From NCBI RefSeq assembly GCF_964355755.1, contig NC_092675.1:20556912-20620911 (forward strand): a stretch of 64,000 bases of DNA. The letters are read 5' to 3'. Positions 41,160 to 55,000 of this stretch are shown piece by piece; position 1 is the stretch's first letter, and every line of letters begins with the position of its first letter. A model generated the notes under the pieces. It searched no databases and was not told where the DNA came from. It saw only the letters and a list, made by a program, of their open reading frames with translations. This stretch comes from Antedon mediterranea. Lineage: Eukaryota > Animalia > Echinodermata. The translations under genes were made by a program, and so were the position numbers.

Positions 41160-41560
41160 GTTCGGTTTCTGCTGTGAAAAAATAACTGCTTATGAATAAA
41201 TTTACCCCCATTTTCTTGGCAGAAGAAACAGAAAATTGTCAGTAACCGGTTAAATGGCAGCATGAAAATAATGGTTAAAAACACACAATTGATTCTCTGA
41301 TTGTACACCATTTAACTAACAGTAATGTTATGAAACTTTTAGTTGCAGCGCAAAATAACGATTATTTGATTGACAGCCGCTGACCTTGAGTCAATTACAC
41401 GGCAATGACTTTAAATTGCATTGCATTTTGGGTAGTGCCAACGATTTCCGTCAACGATTTTAAATGGTTGGAGCACAAATATAGCATAAATGCAGTTGAT
41501 TATATTTTAAATTGATTTTGAAATAAACAGTTTATTTCATGCATATGCAGCAGAAACAGA
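41160..41560. mobile_element. Old Harbinger-like copy related to 39175-40070
   Basis: CGGTTTCTGCTG ... CAGCAGAAACAG ends; internal AGTTGCAGCGCAAAATAACGATTATTTGATTGAC block also seen at about 36820-36880. Confidence 0.5.
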
Positions 41561-43458
41561 TGCTATTCCAGAAATTGTGTGTGTTCAATTTAATATCATA
41601 TTAAATAGTTTAGAACCCATTGGAAGTCTGGTTTTGAAAGATTTACTGGTTTTCATAAAGTAGTGTATTGATAGATTCCCATTTGTTTTTTAATAATCTA
41701 ATGATTTATATAATTATTTATATTTTTTTTTTTGTCTTTCAGGTATGTGTTTGGCTAACTTCATTCTCAATACAATACAGAGTTTTCATATTCTTTGCTG
41801 TATCTCTTCACATCACCTGTGCTGTGTACTATTAAGAGAGTAGCCTACATGGTATTTCAGGGCTTTCCTTTTTATATACAATGCAATTATTATCTTACTT
41901 TATCTATTTATACTATGGAAAGAAGAAAAAATGATGCCAACATGGGCTAAACGCTAAACACCACCAGAACGGGGTTGGTAGTGTGTTGTCATTTCTTAAT
42001 AAAAACTAAATGACAAAATAAGTATAATGTAGAAAAATGTGTCTTTTCAATTTTAATTAAAGAAGATAAAAATCGTGATTCATGACACCATGTCCACAAT
42101 TCATTTGTTTTTACAATTGTATGCCCCCCCCCCCTCTCCCCTACTCTATAAATATGTTTTTTCTGGTTGCATGTGTGCTACACTGTGTTTAATAACTAGT
42201 TCATGATGAAGAGGATTTTCTATATGCATTTTGATAATGTATGCTTCTGATGATACATAGTCATGTACAGTTTGACCCTTCTATAGGCTTAAGTGATTGT
42301 AGCTTGAAAGCCTACTAAACACATTCTCCTATATGCAAAGGTATCATACTATCTGATGTCAATATTAATATCATTGTAAACAACTCAATTAAATTTTGAA
42401 ATTAATTTCAAGTCAAACCAGCATTTATTATGTATCAGTCAAACATTGTAATAATATACAGTATTATATTATTTTTTTTTGGTTGATATTCATGACAACT
42501 CGTTGGACGTTGTCTTCTTAATATTTTGATACTAAATTTTGTTTGTAGCCATTTGCCAATAATTTGGTACTGGTATCCATTTAATTCTCCAATGTGGAGA
42601 AATAATATGTTGCATTAATTTTCAATATGTACAAAATACATCATATTTATATTAATTCATATCAACAGTTTTTCCATTTCTGATACCATATTTCTTTTTA
42701 GTGACCATTACCTCTTTCTTATACCTCTTTCAAATTCTGTAGCAAAACTCTGGAGTTTACACATACTGGGGCACACATTACAGTACAAAATGCCTGTGTT
42801 AATGCTCGGGTGTGTATAAACAGAGTTTTGCTAGGCGATGTGAAAGGGGAACTACAGAAAATGGGGTTAGTTTTGTAAATCTTGAACATATCACTCAAAT
42901 TAAAATGATGTGCACTTAGCCATTAAACCATTAAACCATTGGTTTAGTATTGATTGATTGATTGAAATATATATATTTATACTGGGTAACCTCTTCAGTA
43001 TATTCTCATATTAGATGCATCATTTCAACAACAACATCTTATTCAAATTTCAACTTTCTCATATCTTGTACTTTTAGAATTCTTGGATTAATCTTGTATA
43101 GATATACATTATTATCAGTGATAGAATGACAATGCACTATTTATCCAATTTAAATAGGGGTTATTTTTTGTAATCTTGTAAGGTGCGCATTTCAAAACGC
43201 ATATTGTAGACGCCAACATTTTCCCATGTTATCCTAACATAACAATATGGGGTTATTTTTTTGTAATCTTATAAGGTATTCATATCAATCTTATAATGAA
43301 TTTACTGTCGGCGACATACTCCCCATGTTATTGGATACAGAATCAATCAAATGCCATACACACGATATTCATTCTCTGCACTTCTTTGGTACTGTATATT
43401 TCAAGTACTGTATTTTCTTTGGTTAAGGTACTGCAACCTGTGTATCAAGATCTATTTG

Positions 43459-43597
43459 CAGGGCCGTAGCCACCAGTACGGTTGATAAACCTAACCATTT
43501 TTTCACAGAGGCCTTTGACAACATAGTGGATTGAACAGAGATTGTTCTCTTTTCTCGTGCCAACTGCACCACTTTATTTCTTGTGGCTACATCACTG
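43459..43597. mobile_element. Decayed hAT-like MITE
   Basis: CAGGGCCGTAGCCAC ... GTGGCTACATCACTG termini; 8-bp TSD not intact. Confidence 0.5.
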
Positions 43598-44777
43598 TCA
43601 ATGTTTTCCTGTTTGTATCTGTTTTTAAGTGAACATTAAGCCTTATTTCAGACCACATTTTCTATAGGGCACAGATAATTTAGCAGAAATGTGGTCGGCC
43701 TAAAAATGTTGGCGCTATACAGCAGAAACAGGCCCATAGACTAGATATTTCCATTGGTGTAGTTTTTACTAGTTCTATTAGTCATTGATAGCAGAATAAT
43801 TTTCTAGAAATGTACCCTTGAATTCACATCCATATGTACTAAATATATAGTAGAAGATGTGAAAATGCACTTTTCTTTACAAGACGTAAAATTGAATTTG
43901 AATCGATTTCTAAATTTGATCAGAAATAGATGTTTACTAGTGTAAAGCATTGCACTATTTGACGTGATTGTTAGAATATAAAAAAGTTTCCTTTTAATTA
44001 AATATTAAAGGGAAAGTAAAAAGTACAGAAAATAAATTAATGAATCTTCAAACAGAAATCAAACCAGTTTGTTACATTTTTCAATAAATGAAATATTGCC
44101 TATCAGAAGTAGTTTCTTTTCATGCCTTTGTTAAATGTCCTTTTGAACATTAGCCATGTGTAATTGCTGTTTTAGTATCATAGTAAATGTAAACTTTCCA
44201 TGTGTGAACACCCTTTAACACCTTGCCCCACATTGCTTTCAGACATCATGCTTTATCTCCATAGCAACATTACCGGCTATTATTCCTTATGTCCTAAACT
44301 GCTTTTGTCCTGTCAGTATTGCTATGAACTAAGAAGACATTTGTCTATGTCAATGATATTATTGTTAATAAAACAAATATACTCGCATATCTAAGATGAT
44401 ATTTGTATCCAATATTAAAAATTAATAACTATCTGAATATACCCTTTTGTATAGTAATTGCCTTTGTCCCCAGTTAATAAACATGACTTGAATAAATGCT
44501 AATTGTGTGTCTATACATAAATGTATGTATTTTTGGATTTAATTTACTTTGCATTTGTTTTTATAGAATATTCATTTAACGATGACTGTTTATAGTAAAT
44601 CTTGTCTGGCTGCAATAACTGTTATACTGTCTGAGGTGGTGTACTTAAAGTAAAGTTATCTTCTGATGTAATTAATATTATTTACTTACTCTTTTTCATC
44701 ATCAGTTAAAGTCACAAATGTACCTACAATGGTTGAGAGAAAAACTCTTCTTCTGCTTCTTTGTTTTGATACAATTA

Positions 44778-45281
44778 GAGAGGTTTCACAATCTTACGAA
44801 TACGATAACGAAAACGGATACGTCACGCACACGTATTCGTTTTCGTAAGCCATAAAAAAATCTGTTTCGCATGGCAACGAAATATTGAGGCGCGTCCAAA
44901 ATATGACTGCGGTAAATTTGAGCAAAGCGCAGGTACGTGTAGCTTGGTGCTTGGCTGCCTAGGCCTAGCGTAACATCAAAGCGAGTGAGGACTTTAAAAA
45001 CTGCTATTTATCAAAATTGACTTGGCATTTTAGTAAATTACTTTAGTAAATTACTTTCAATGAAAGTATAATTATATTATAATCATGAATCATTCCTGAT
45101 TCAAATGCAAAATGTGCAAATAGATAAAAAACTATACTCGTTTTGTAGTTACGAATATGACTGGTGATATTCGTCAACACGAATACGCTTTACGAATATG
45201 AAATGGGGATCAGCTCAAAGTTTCACAAATGTATGACGTATCCGTTTTCGTTATCGTATTCGTAAGGTTGCGAAACCTCCC
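44778..45281. mobile_element. MITE with about 48-bp TIRs (Harbinger-like)
   Basis: GAGAGGTTTCACAATCTTACGAATACGATAACGAAAACGGATACGTCA versus its near-perfect reverse complement at the right end; internal ACGAATA repeats. Confidence 0.8.
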
Positions 45282-45831
45282 AATTGTCCCAAATTTTCCA
45301 TTTTATCAGATTTTATACATACATACCTACATAATAATTATTAACAATATTATTATTATTTTTATTTATTAAACTTTATCACTGCATACAAAAACAGCGG
45401 AAAGAAAGTGATGAACAGGTGAAAAGCACCTCTATCCACATCCCCCTTAACATATACATAACAGTAACAAAAATATTATTATTAGCAGTAGTGCCTTCCT
45501 CCTACGTTTAAGCCCTTCCTATGATATATTATTATTGTTTATTTTGAGTAATTGAAAAGATTTTAGAATGGCATCTTTTGAATATAGTAAAACATATGTT
45601 TTTAGACCAATTTCTTCAAAAGACAACTTTAAGCCATCTTTTCATGTCAAACATTCAGGTAACAGAGAGGTCAACAATACAATGTATATTGATAAAAAGA
45701 TCATAAAAGTGAAATTTAATCAACAATTTACATGATGAGACATTAAGTATAATTATACAACATTTTGTTTCCCAACCCAATTCTGTGTATAATCTTTAGG
45801 TTGGCCTACTATGTAGTAACAATGTGAAATA

Positions 45832-45895
45832 GTGACTCAGGACTAGAACCCATGACTCTAGGGATTTAAGCAAGCATGTCAACCATTAGACTACA
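45832..45895 (-). mobile_element. Decayed tRNA-derived SINE head
   Basis: Minus strand TGTAGTCTAATGGTT (A box) ... GGGTTCTAGTCC (B box); no intact cloverleaf. Confidence 0.45.
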
Positions 45896-48619
45896 CACAC
45901 CTTACATTATAAACATTTGTTACGAACATTAAAGCATTTTGTGACTAGCTGCGTTATCATTCTTCACTTTTATTTTATTAGTATTATGCAGATAGCACTC
46001 TAGAGAAAAATAATGTTTTATTATACTACAATTTAAAATGATAAATGAAACCAACTGATATTTTATTTTCACATGCGTACATTACAAATTAAATGACTAA
46101 TCATGTTTTATTGTTTATTTACTTTTAAATTTATTTATTGATTTCATCAATCAAAATGATTGAAATAAAATGTATTTATTCTTTTAAAATAACTTTAATA
46201 TATGTTCTTAAATTACACCACATATAGATAACCCAATATGCTGTATGTAATTTTTCAAATTATAATCCAATTTAAATAATTTTATACTCATGTAATTTGG
46301 TATCTAACTGAAAAGACCGAATTTCTTTGGTGTTGATTCATCCCTGTAAGAAAAATTAAATTACAATTTGATAATTCATAATAAAACTGGAAATAATTTA
46401 ATATTTGATAACTTTGTAAACATTTATTAAGTGATTGCTCCCGTGTGTAGATAGATCACCAATCGGAACCCATTAAGACAACCGAAATGACGTGTGAATG
46501 AATGAATTCCTTCAATATTCTCTCACGATGCTTGTCAAAGTAATCACTTTTCCATCTCAATAATTAAATATTGGAACCAATGGGCATAAAATTGATTAAT
46601 CGGACGTGATGTTTAAGTGCTGTGGTGGTGAAGTTGGAAGCTTAACTTTAAATGTGTTAATTTCTTTTGTTTGCGGTGAATGATGATGATAATGAGAAAA
46701 CAAACAAGTTATGAATAAACTAGATTGCAGCATAGACAAATTACTTTCCCTATATGATTGGAATAAAAAGTGTACATATAAGGAATTCATTTTTGGAGTT
46801 TTAGAATTAAAAGAGAAAAGAGAAATTAACCATAAGCAAATGCAAGGTCAAACTTTGTTTAGTTTGTGAATTAAAGTTTTATGTTTTATGAACCAGTTTA
46901 AATAATTTAATTTGATTTAGTCAAATTCCAACAGCAGCAAAACACAACCCCTCTCCCACCCCCCTCTACCTAAAAAAAGACAACAACTTTGCAATATAGC
47001 TGTGTACAAGTTATAATGTGATGGTTTGAAATTATACCAAGAATATTCTCCCTAGATTGGCCTACTATATACCAATACAAATATATTTAAGATACCAAAC
47101 TAGCTTTCCACATCCACATCATCTAGTTTATCTAATATATATTTAGATATCAATTTTATTTTAAAACTTAATCAGATTAAAAAGGAAAGTGGGAGCTGAA
47201 GAAAAGGAAGGGGTGTTGTGTTTGTGAATCTTATATTCTCATACTTAAATTTACAATGTTCTACTAGTTTTTGCAGTGTTTTACAGTATAATTGCTTTCT
47301 AATTAAAGCATGTAATGTTCCATCTTAATATTATATTACATTCATATAACATTTACTGATATCATATTTCACATGTTTCTAGATTGTTAAAACATTATTA
47401 AGCATTACATATCAATATACATTACTTAATGTTGCTGCACGAAGTCAGTCGGCTTGTATTATTGTAATGGCGTAATGTAGTACTGCCATTTTAACTTAAC
47501 AGATAAAAAAGCATCAATCTATTAATGGGATGTGAATATAAGAAACTGAAGCAGGTGCATTGATGAAGACTAGATGCAACACATTTTGAGACTAATAGAT
47601 AATATTCAATTAAAACTATAATAAATGTAAGTTGATCTGACAGTATCTAAAGTTGAAGAAAAAGAAAGAAAGAAAGTTTGCTTTTATGTGGAAAAAGAAT
47701 ATACTTATGTAGAAATTCAGAGGACACCTATTAAAAACAATTTCATGTGAAACAAATGAATTATAACTACCCCCTATTCAGAGGACACTCCTCTATTAAG
47801 GGGACACTTTGTTAGGTCCAATTTATAGAGGTTTTATTGTAGTAGAGTCATATCAAATTATTATTAATAAATCTATCATTGAGAAGAAGATATGATTTTG
47901 AACAGTTAGTTTATCTAGTGTAGGTATAGACACACGTGAACGACCAATACCACTTCTAGGTTGGTTAATTTAGTTAATTTATAGATATATAATATGGTAA
48001 AACCCTTTTTCAAAATGCTTCTTTGTACACCTTTATATAACATCTTAAATCTTATACATTTTGCGGATGTAATTATCATCTTTCTAAAAGTATCCTCAAG
48101 CAAAGTAATCATGTAGCCGCAACTAAGCCGACTGAATTTTTCTTTCAAAAACTTTGAATACAAAATTTAATCATCGAAGATCATTTGACTTTTTGTCACT
48201 TGTTTTAAAAAGTCCTTGCAGTAAAATTAGTGTGCATTCTATAGGTTAATCATTGTTCATGGTTACAATATGTTGAATAGAGTAAGTTGAGATGAATGTT
48301 TTGCTTCTAATTGTGATCATTAACACAGGTTGTCGGTACATCAAAACAGAAGGTAATCAATTAGAATCATATCTATAACATTCATGATCCAAAATGTAGG
48401 CTTCATTTCTGAAAATATTGAGATCAAGAGAAATTAATCATCTATTTTGATACTTTGAACTATTAGCAGATAGCTTTTTGATTCTTATGCTCATCACAAT
48501 ATCCTGGTTTGGCTTTGAAATGCCAAAGGGTAATTTATCATTTATATCATATTCATAAAATGGGTTCTTTGGAGATGGGTCAACATTACTTGGTTTATTA
48601 TAACACACACATGAGTATT

Positions 48620-48920
48620 AGTTCTATTGCATGGCAAAAAATTTCATTCAATGGTTCTATTACATGGCAGATGGGCATGGTTTTTTGTACTATGGTTTTA
48701 GAATTCTGTGCAATGTGAGCCTGGTGTCAGTTGCATGTTTAAAACCAACTTGTAATGTGCACTGCCTGTTCTATTCCATGGAAAAAATTCCATTTAATGG
48801 CTCTATTCAATGATTCTATTACATGGCAGATGGCAGCAATTTTTTGTACTATGGTTTTAGAATTCTGTGCAATGTGAGAATGTGAGCCTAGTGTCAGTTG
48901 CATGTTTAAAACCAACCTGT
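48620..48920. repeat. Local tandem duplication, unit about 160-180 bp
   Basis: TTCTATTACATGGCAGATGG...TTTTTTGTACTATGGTTTTAGAATTCTGTGCAATGTGAG...GTTGCATGTTTAAAACCAAC occurs twice. Confidence 0.85.
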
Positions 48921-50627
48921 AGTGTATGCTGTCTGTAATTATCTCAGCTTGACAAAAATGGGAGCACTGTTTTTGAATGGCCTAGAAATTGATTAAAGAT
49001 AGAAACAAGGGGTTAATTGAATAGTGAATCAAAGTTTACATCAGTGTGTTATAATACAAATAATTGAAATTCATTCAGTCTTATTTTACTCATTAAATAG
49101 AAAAGTTAGTCATAACAATATTCTCCCCATTCAACTCATAAAGATTTGTAAAATAATATTTTATGTTCATAAATTACTGTTGTATTCAGCCTACTCAAAT
49201 GATTTTCGAAAGTGAATATTGTTTGATTAAAATTTATGACATTTAAACTATCTTTGATATTTGTATAAAATATTTTTTAATTAGCAAACGAAAGAAGTTT
49301 GATTCGATATAAGGTTAATGGTCAGAATTGATTTGTATAATGGTCTGACTCATCTTATGAACAAAAGCTTTACAACACATATTTATGTTAATAGTAATAT
49401 TTATTAGATAATAAGTCATATACATCAAAGAATATGACATTCTAAATTCTAATCCGAAAAACTCATCAATTGACACCCATATTGAGGGCCACTTTCCTGT
49501 GAAACATACCAAAGCAATATATGATATTTAACTCCATATCCCTTATTCAAACTTGTCGCTTTAACAGGGTTTCTACCTCTGTTTGGCATGATTTTATTTT
49601 ACAATGTGATTTTATTTTACTTTGATTTTTAGAACATCAGACATTTATTGTGAATTGGGTTGGACGTCAACTATATGCAGGACAATTTACACAGCTTAGA
49701 GTTGTTTGCACTGTATACCACTCCCATTAAATTCTTTAAAGTGCTTAAATAAAAGACAGTTAAAATTCTATTGTGTTTCGTGATTTATAATTGATTGAAA
49801 CATTTATAATTTGATACTAAATTGTTTTAATTAGAATAACAATTAAGAGGTTTTAGCAAAAAATGCTTTAAAAAGATACAGTTTTAGAAACAATGTCAAA
49901 TGTATTGTTTTAGTAGAATCATCTATTTAATGTTTGTACTAATGCTGTATAATGATAATCAAATTCAATTATAAGATCCAAGTAATACCGTTTAACTTAA
50001 AGTGGTTGTATAATTAAATTGAGATTAGTTGGTGCCAATTTAATAAACTCCAAAGACAGTATAATTAATATAATATATTATGTTTTATTATTTTTGTAAA
50101 TTGAAATCATTGAATCATAAAATTACATTTCATTTTAAAGTGTAACATTACGATCTTATTCTATAAATGTGTAAGGAGATGGTGACGGCCTGCTGAAGTG
50201 ATAAAGTAAAGTTTAAATTTAATCATCTTTTTCATTTACCTCAAGTCAACTTTAAATGAATTAATTTTCATTTCACTTTAGTACATCACATCTTCTATAC
50301 TCAACTCTATCATAAATTGTCTACATCAATGCATCATGAGAAACCTAGTAGACAGCACAGTCCATCGGGAGGAGTTAAACAGACACAAAATATAGTACAC
50401 ATACCATTTGATATCCTTTGAACTCATAAAGTTAAATTATCTATGTCTTAATTTTCTAGATATTCTAATATTAAACTATTATAAAAGAAGAATTAAACAC
50501 AGATGTTTTGGACATATTAATATTTATTATTTGGATATATATATTAAATAAAAATTTTATGTTAAATAAAAAAGAATGTTATTATTAATTTATTAAGTTT
50601 CAGTCTGCTACTAAATTATGTAAAATA

Positions 50628-50843
50628 ATAAGTAAGCAAATGTATAACTGTTTTATTAGAAAAAAAGGTATAGAACCAAAATGTCAAATAAAATGGCAGT
50701 TGTACTTTAATACTACAATTGATTGGAAATTAACCTGGGAGCGTAAAATAAAATTAATTAAGGAAAACAAGCTCAAACAAATTAACTTTAAGTTACTACA
50801 TAGGATTATTCCAACTAGAAAGAGGTTATGTACGTGCCTGTGA
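50628..50843 (+). mobile_element. Decayed L1/Tx1-clade ORF2 fragment (zf-RVT region)
   Basis: SKQMYNCFIRKK..EPKCQIKW...IDWKLTW...ENKLKQINFKLLHRIIPT matches the typical zf-RVT-adjacent consensus. Confidence 0.7.
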
Positions 50844-51367
50844 AATTTATATGTAAAAAAATGTCTCTTCTCTTTGGATTTAATTTTTGTTGTTTGTTAC
50901 ATTTGAGAACTAGTGCTGTTCCACGTACCTTTTACTAAGATGAGAATAGACAAAAATCACTATCCAATCAGATTTGAACAATACTATACTATGAAAGCCC
51001 AGTTGTCTATTATAGTAGAATGTCTGATATGTTATGAAGTTGAAGATTCTGCATTTGTAGATCGGTTTGGGTTTTTTTCTTATTCTTATAGATTTTCTTA
51101 TCTTCAAAGTTTATAAATAAAGTAATTTTCTGTATATTTCATTTAATTTCTCTTTATTTCGGACATAATAAACAAAAGTTACTAAACATATATAAATCCA
51201 AAGGCAAATTACTGAAAAAAAATGACAATGCTGTGGGTATCAGTGGCTGGATCTCAATGAAGATACAAAAAAAAAGCAAAAGGCTAAATCAAAACGATAA
51301 AGTAAACAGCCACAGCCATAAACATATATATATCTAAATCAATTGTTTTGCGTAGCACTGTGTAAAT

Positions 51368-51588
51368 TATATATAAATCATACTCTAAATTATAGAAACA
51401 GTGCTCATATTCAGAACAGGATCTCATAATCGTGTCGAGCATAGCTCATTGGCGAAAGTTCCGTATTTTTTAGTTGTATGAAAAAATGTCTCTGGCTGGT
51501 TTCGAACCTGCAACCTCTCGACGCGATTATGAGATCATGTTCCGAATATGAGCACTGTTTCTATAATTTACAGTATGATTTATATATA
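51368..51588. mobile_element. Palindromic MITE-like element with 72-bp arms in a (TA)n context
   Basis: Arms 51368-51439 and 51517-51588 are reverse complements with 4 mismatches. Confidence 0.75.
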
Positions 51589-51974
51589 TATATCTAGGTG
51601 GTTTGTGTTTTCTTCTAGATTTATTGTGATCTTCTACACTAATAAACTGTTAATACCAATACAAATATTAACTGAATAATTGAATATTAGCATTAAAATT
51701 TGCAAGATATTACAAACAAAACTTTCTGGTCTTCCAGACTACATATGTTATACACTGACCTTAAGAATAGTACGTTTACTCTATATTAGAGAATTGTTAA
51801 TTCTGTTAGTCCAGTAATGGACTTATTGGCTATAATAAAGGCCTGACTCATTCTACTTCATATTAGGTTACGTTTAAAAAGGATAAAGTTGCAGGCTCAA
51901 TGGTCTTACCAAATATTGACACATACGCAATTGACCATTGAAACTGGCTGCTACATTTCATTAGTAGCTGCCCA

Positions 51975-52065
51975 GCCCTTTAATATTATCTCTGAGATGG
52001 CTTCAATCGCTTTAATATCATCTTTGAGATGCCTTCAAGGCTTTTAATATCATCTTTAAGATGTT
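51975..52065. repeat. About 31-bp repeat, 3 copies
   Basis: CTTTAATATCATCTTTGAGATG.CTTCAA variants. Confidence 0.7.
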
Positions 52066-55000
52066 TTACGCCATTAGCTTGTCTACAGCTTGTTAAAATC
52101 GTATGAATGCTTGAAAAGGTGAGCTTTTGGTGTCCTACTTTTCAAGATAGTCATCAAAATGATGTCATTTTATTAAATACATTTAATCTTAATATAGTAT
52201 TTCAAATCACTATGAAACAACTTAGTAAACAAGTTTTGTATTGAATATAGTTTATGATAATTTATAAATCTTGATGTTAATTATCTTTAATGCAATTGCA
52301 TACCTAATGTAAATCTGTTTATGAATTTAAGATAAAGAGATGGAGTTTTTCCAAACATTCTACTGATAAATAAAAAATAACCTCAATTAAAAGTTTAAAG
52401 AATTAAACAAAGTGTCACTTCAAGAGGTATTAAAGTATATAACTTTCCCTTGTTAGTTTCACAGGAAATATTCACTGTTTCACATGGCATTTTTCCCCCT
52501 TAAATGTCCCATGAATAGGAGTGTCTCAAATGAAGGGTTCTACTGCAAAAATAATAAGTATAATATAATTATAATATAAATAGATGTCTTTCCACATTCA
52601 AATATGTTACTTTGCAAATATTGTGATTCATTCTTTGTCATATTAAAAAAATAATTAGTTGCAAGATATTTTAAAATATAATAATTGTTTTATACTTGTA
52701 TGAATACTGTCCTATATATAGATTGTCATTACTTTGTTGATGGAGTTGAAGATGGTTTTCCTAAAGCCCATCAAACAATTATTTCAATCTTCTTTGTAAC
52801 CAGAACTCGTTTACTTCATACTTAAATAATTAATCATCTTACGGCTTATTTCAAAACTGATTAGAAATGTTTAAGAATCAGGTTAATTATAATTACCTTA
52901 TCCGATTGGATTGCTGTTAATTGATTTGTTTCAAGAGAAGCAACGAACAAACACGGTCTTTAATAATTGGATCTGTGTCGAAAATTAAAAACTAATTATG
53001 ATTTGAGTAAACATAAAAAGGTCATCTGCAACTCAATAAATTGAGAAAGTAAATCTAAACTTAAAGAAGAACCTCCTTGCATTACTTACTTAATGCAGAA
53101 TTGGATTTTCATTTTCTGCATGTTACGGAAAGAGAGCGTTTCTGCAAAATGATTGGAGCATTGGGGATTAACTGACTTGTTGGTAAAGCAAAGTTAATCT
53201 GAGATTTAATGAGGCAGTTCTTGAAGATCAGTAATGTTTTTCGTAGATGTTGTAATAATTCCATATCATTGCTCAAAGTTTTTTTATATCTTAGATTACC
53301 ATAAGAGCGTTAACAAAGTTAATTAATCTTAATAGCAAATTCTTAGAAAGATTTGTCAGATTAATATCTTTATAGCACTATTTTAAGAATTTAGCACAAA
53401 TAATTTAACTTAACAAATATTAACAACTATTTGTGGGAAGCTGCGACATTTTTGAGAAAATGAAAACAAGCTCAAAGTGTGAAACATCAAATATCTATTT
53501 AATTTAGAAAAAGTGTATTTATTTTAATTTAATGTGTCTCCTTTGCATTTATTTATTACTACTATGCGAGACATATTCAAGATCAGTTGCAGTGACAAAT
53601 GTTTGTGTTTGACAAATGATGGCGCTAGCATGATGTGAAGCATTTTTTGAATACTGATTCATGAGTAATGAGTTCGATTGTTTGCAAGCTTTTCTGTATG
53701 ATAAATGGATTAGAGGAAATATTTGTCTTATTTAATCTCCTTGAAACATCCATACTTGAAAGTTTGGAACCATTTTTGTCAACTGCAGGCTTATAGTATA
53801 CAAATAATGGGTGTTTATGAGTGGATTGAGGAGAATAATTCTTTGCTATAAAAAATCAAATGTTATATTCAATGAGACAAAGCAAAGTTAAATAGGATAG
53901 GATTTCAACGAACAAAAATGAATTTTCTAAACTTTCAATAAATAAAAAATATTTAGGCTAACTGCATACAATATCAATTTTGTTACAAAATATTAACATG
54001 CATAGTAGTAGATTCAACCATTGAAATGAAAGAAAATACATCATACGAAATCAACCAATCAAATTGTAAAGATACATTTAGGGGTGGTATAAATGTTCAT
54101 TAGTTTGAACCCTGGTTGGTGATAAGAATGCATCCCCATACTTTTATTTGTGTATTGGCTTGAACTTTACTTTCTTCCTTTTTCCTGAACTTCTTCATTC
54201 TTCCTGATCTTTTTCAATTGTTTTCACATCACTTTAAGACTTTGTTTTAATCCTTAACGATCAAAACAAGCAGGGTTTTTGTACTAATCAAGCTCAGCTG
54301 TCTCTTTCTCCAATATTCCTACCCAGTTCTAACTACTGTGTAAAACAAAAAGTTCATCTAAAATGCCATCAAATCAACCATAAAATAGAAACATTACCTA
54401 AGATACATCAACTGAACTGTGGAAGAATGCAACTGTTTCATTTTACTTCATTATAAAAACAGCATGATTCCTGGCATATCCACTTCACAATAAATTTGCA
54501 TCAGCGCTGCTTAGGTCAATGTTTGTGGCTATGATATCCGTAATTGCTTGTTATTCTACATGTGATATGCCTCTGTCTGTTTGCAATCTATTAATAGTAT
54601 TATAGATTGAAAATTGATAATTCTAATTTAATTAGATTTTTAATTTAGTAGATTCTATATTAAGAAAAGAGAATAACTTTAAAACAAATTTATAATGTTG
54701 TTGTTTATCATGAAAAAAACATTTATTTTTAAAACCATGATAGGAATTATTTTGCATTACAGCTATAATTCAATTCCATTTATTATAGTATTTGCATAAA
54801 ATACTGTACATAGAAAAATTGTGTTGCTCTGAAATAGCACAATACAATAAAAAAAATAGAAAGTACAAAAACCTTGACACACCATTCTCTAACGTTCAGT
54901 GCTCTTAATGACAAATGGGTAAACACTATTCTGGAATCTGTTTGTATGAGAGGTGATGGACCAGAAATGTGTGCCACTCCAATTCCAAAACTTAGTGCAT

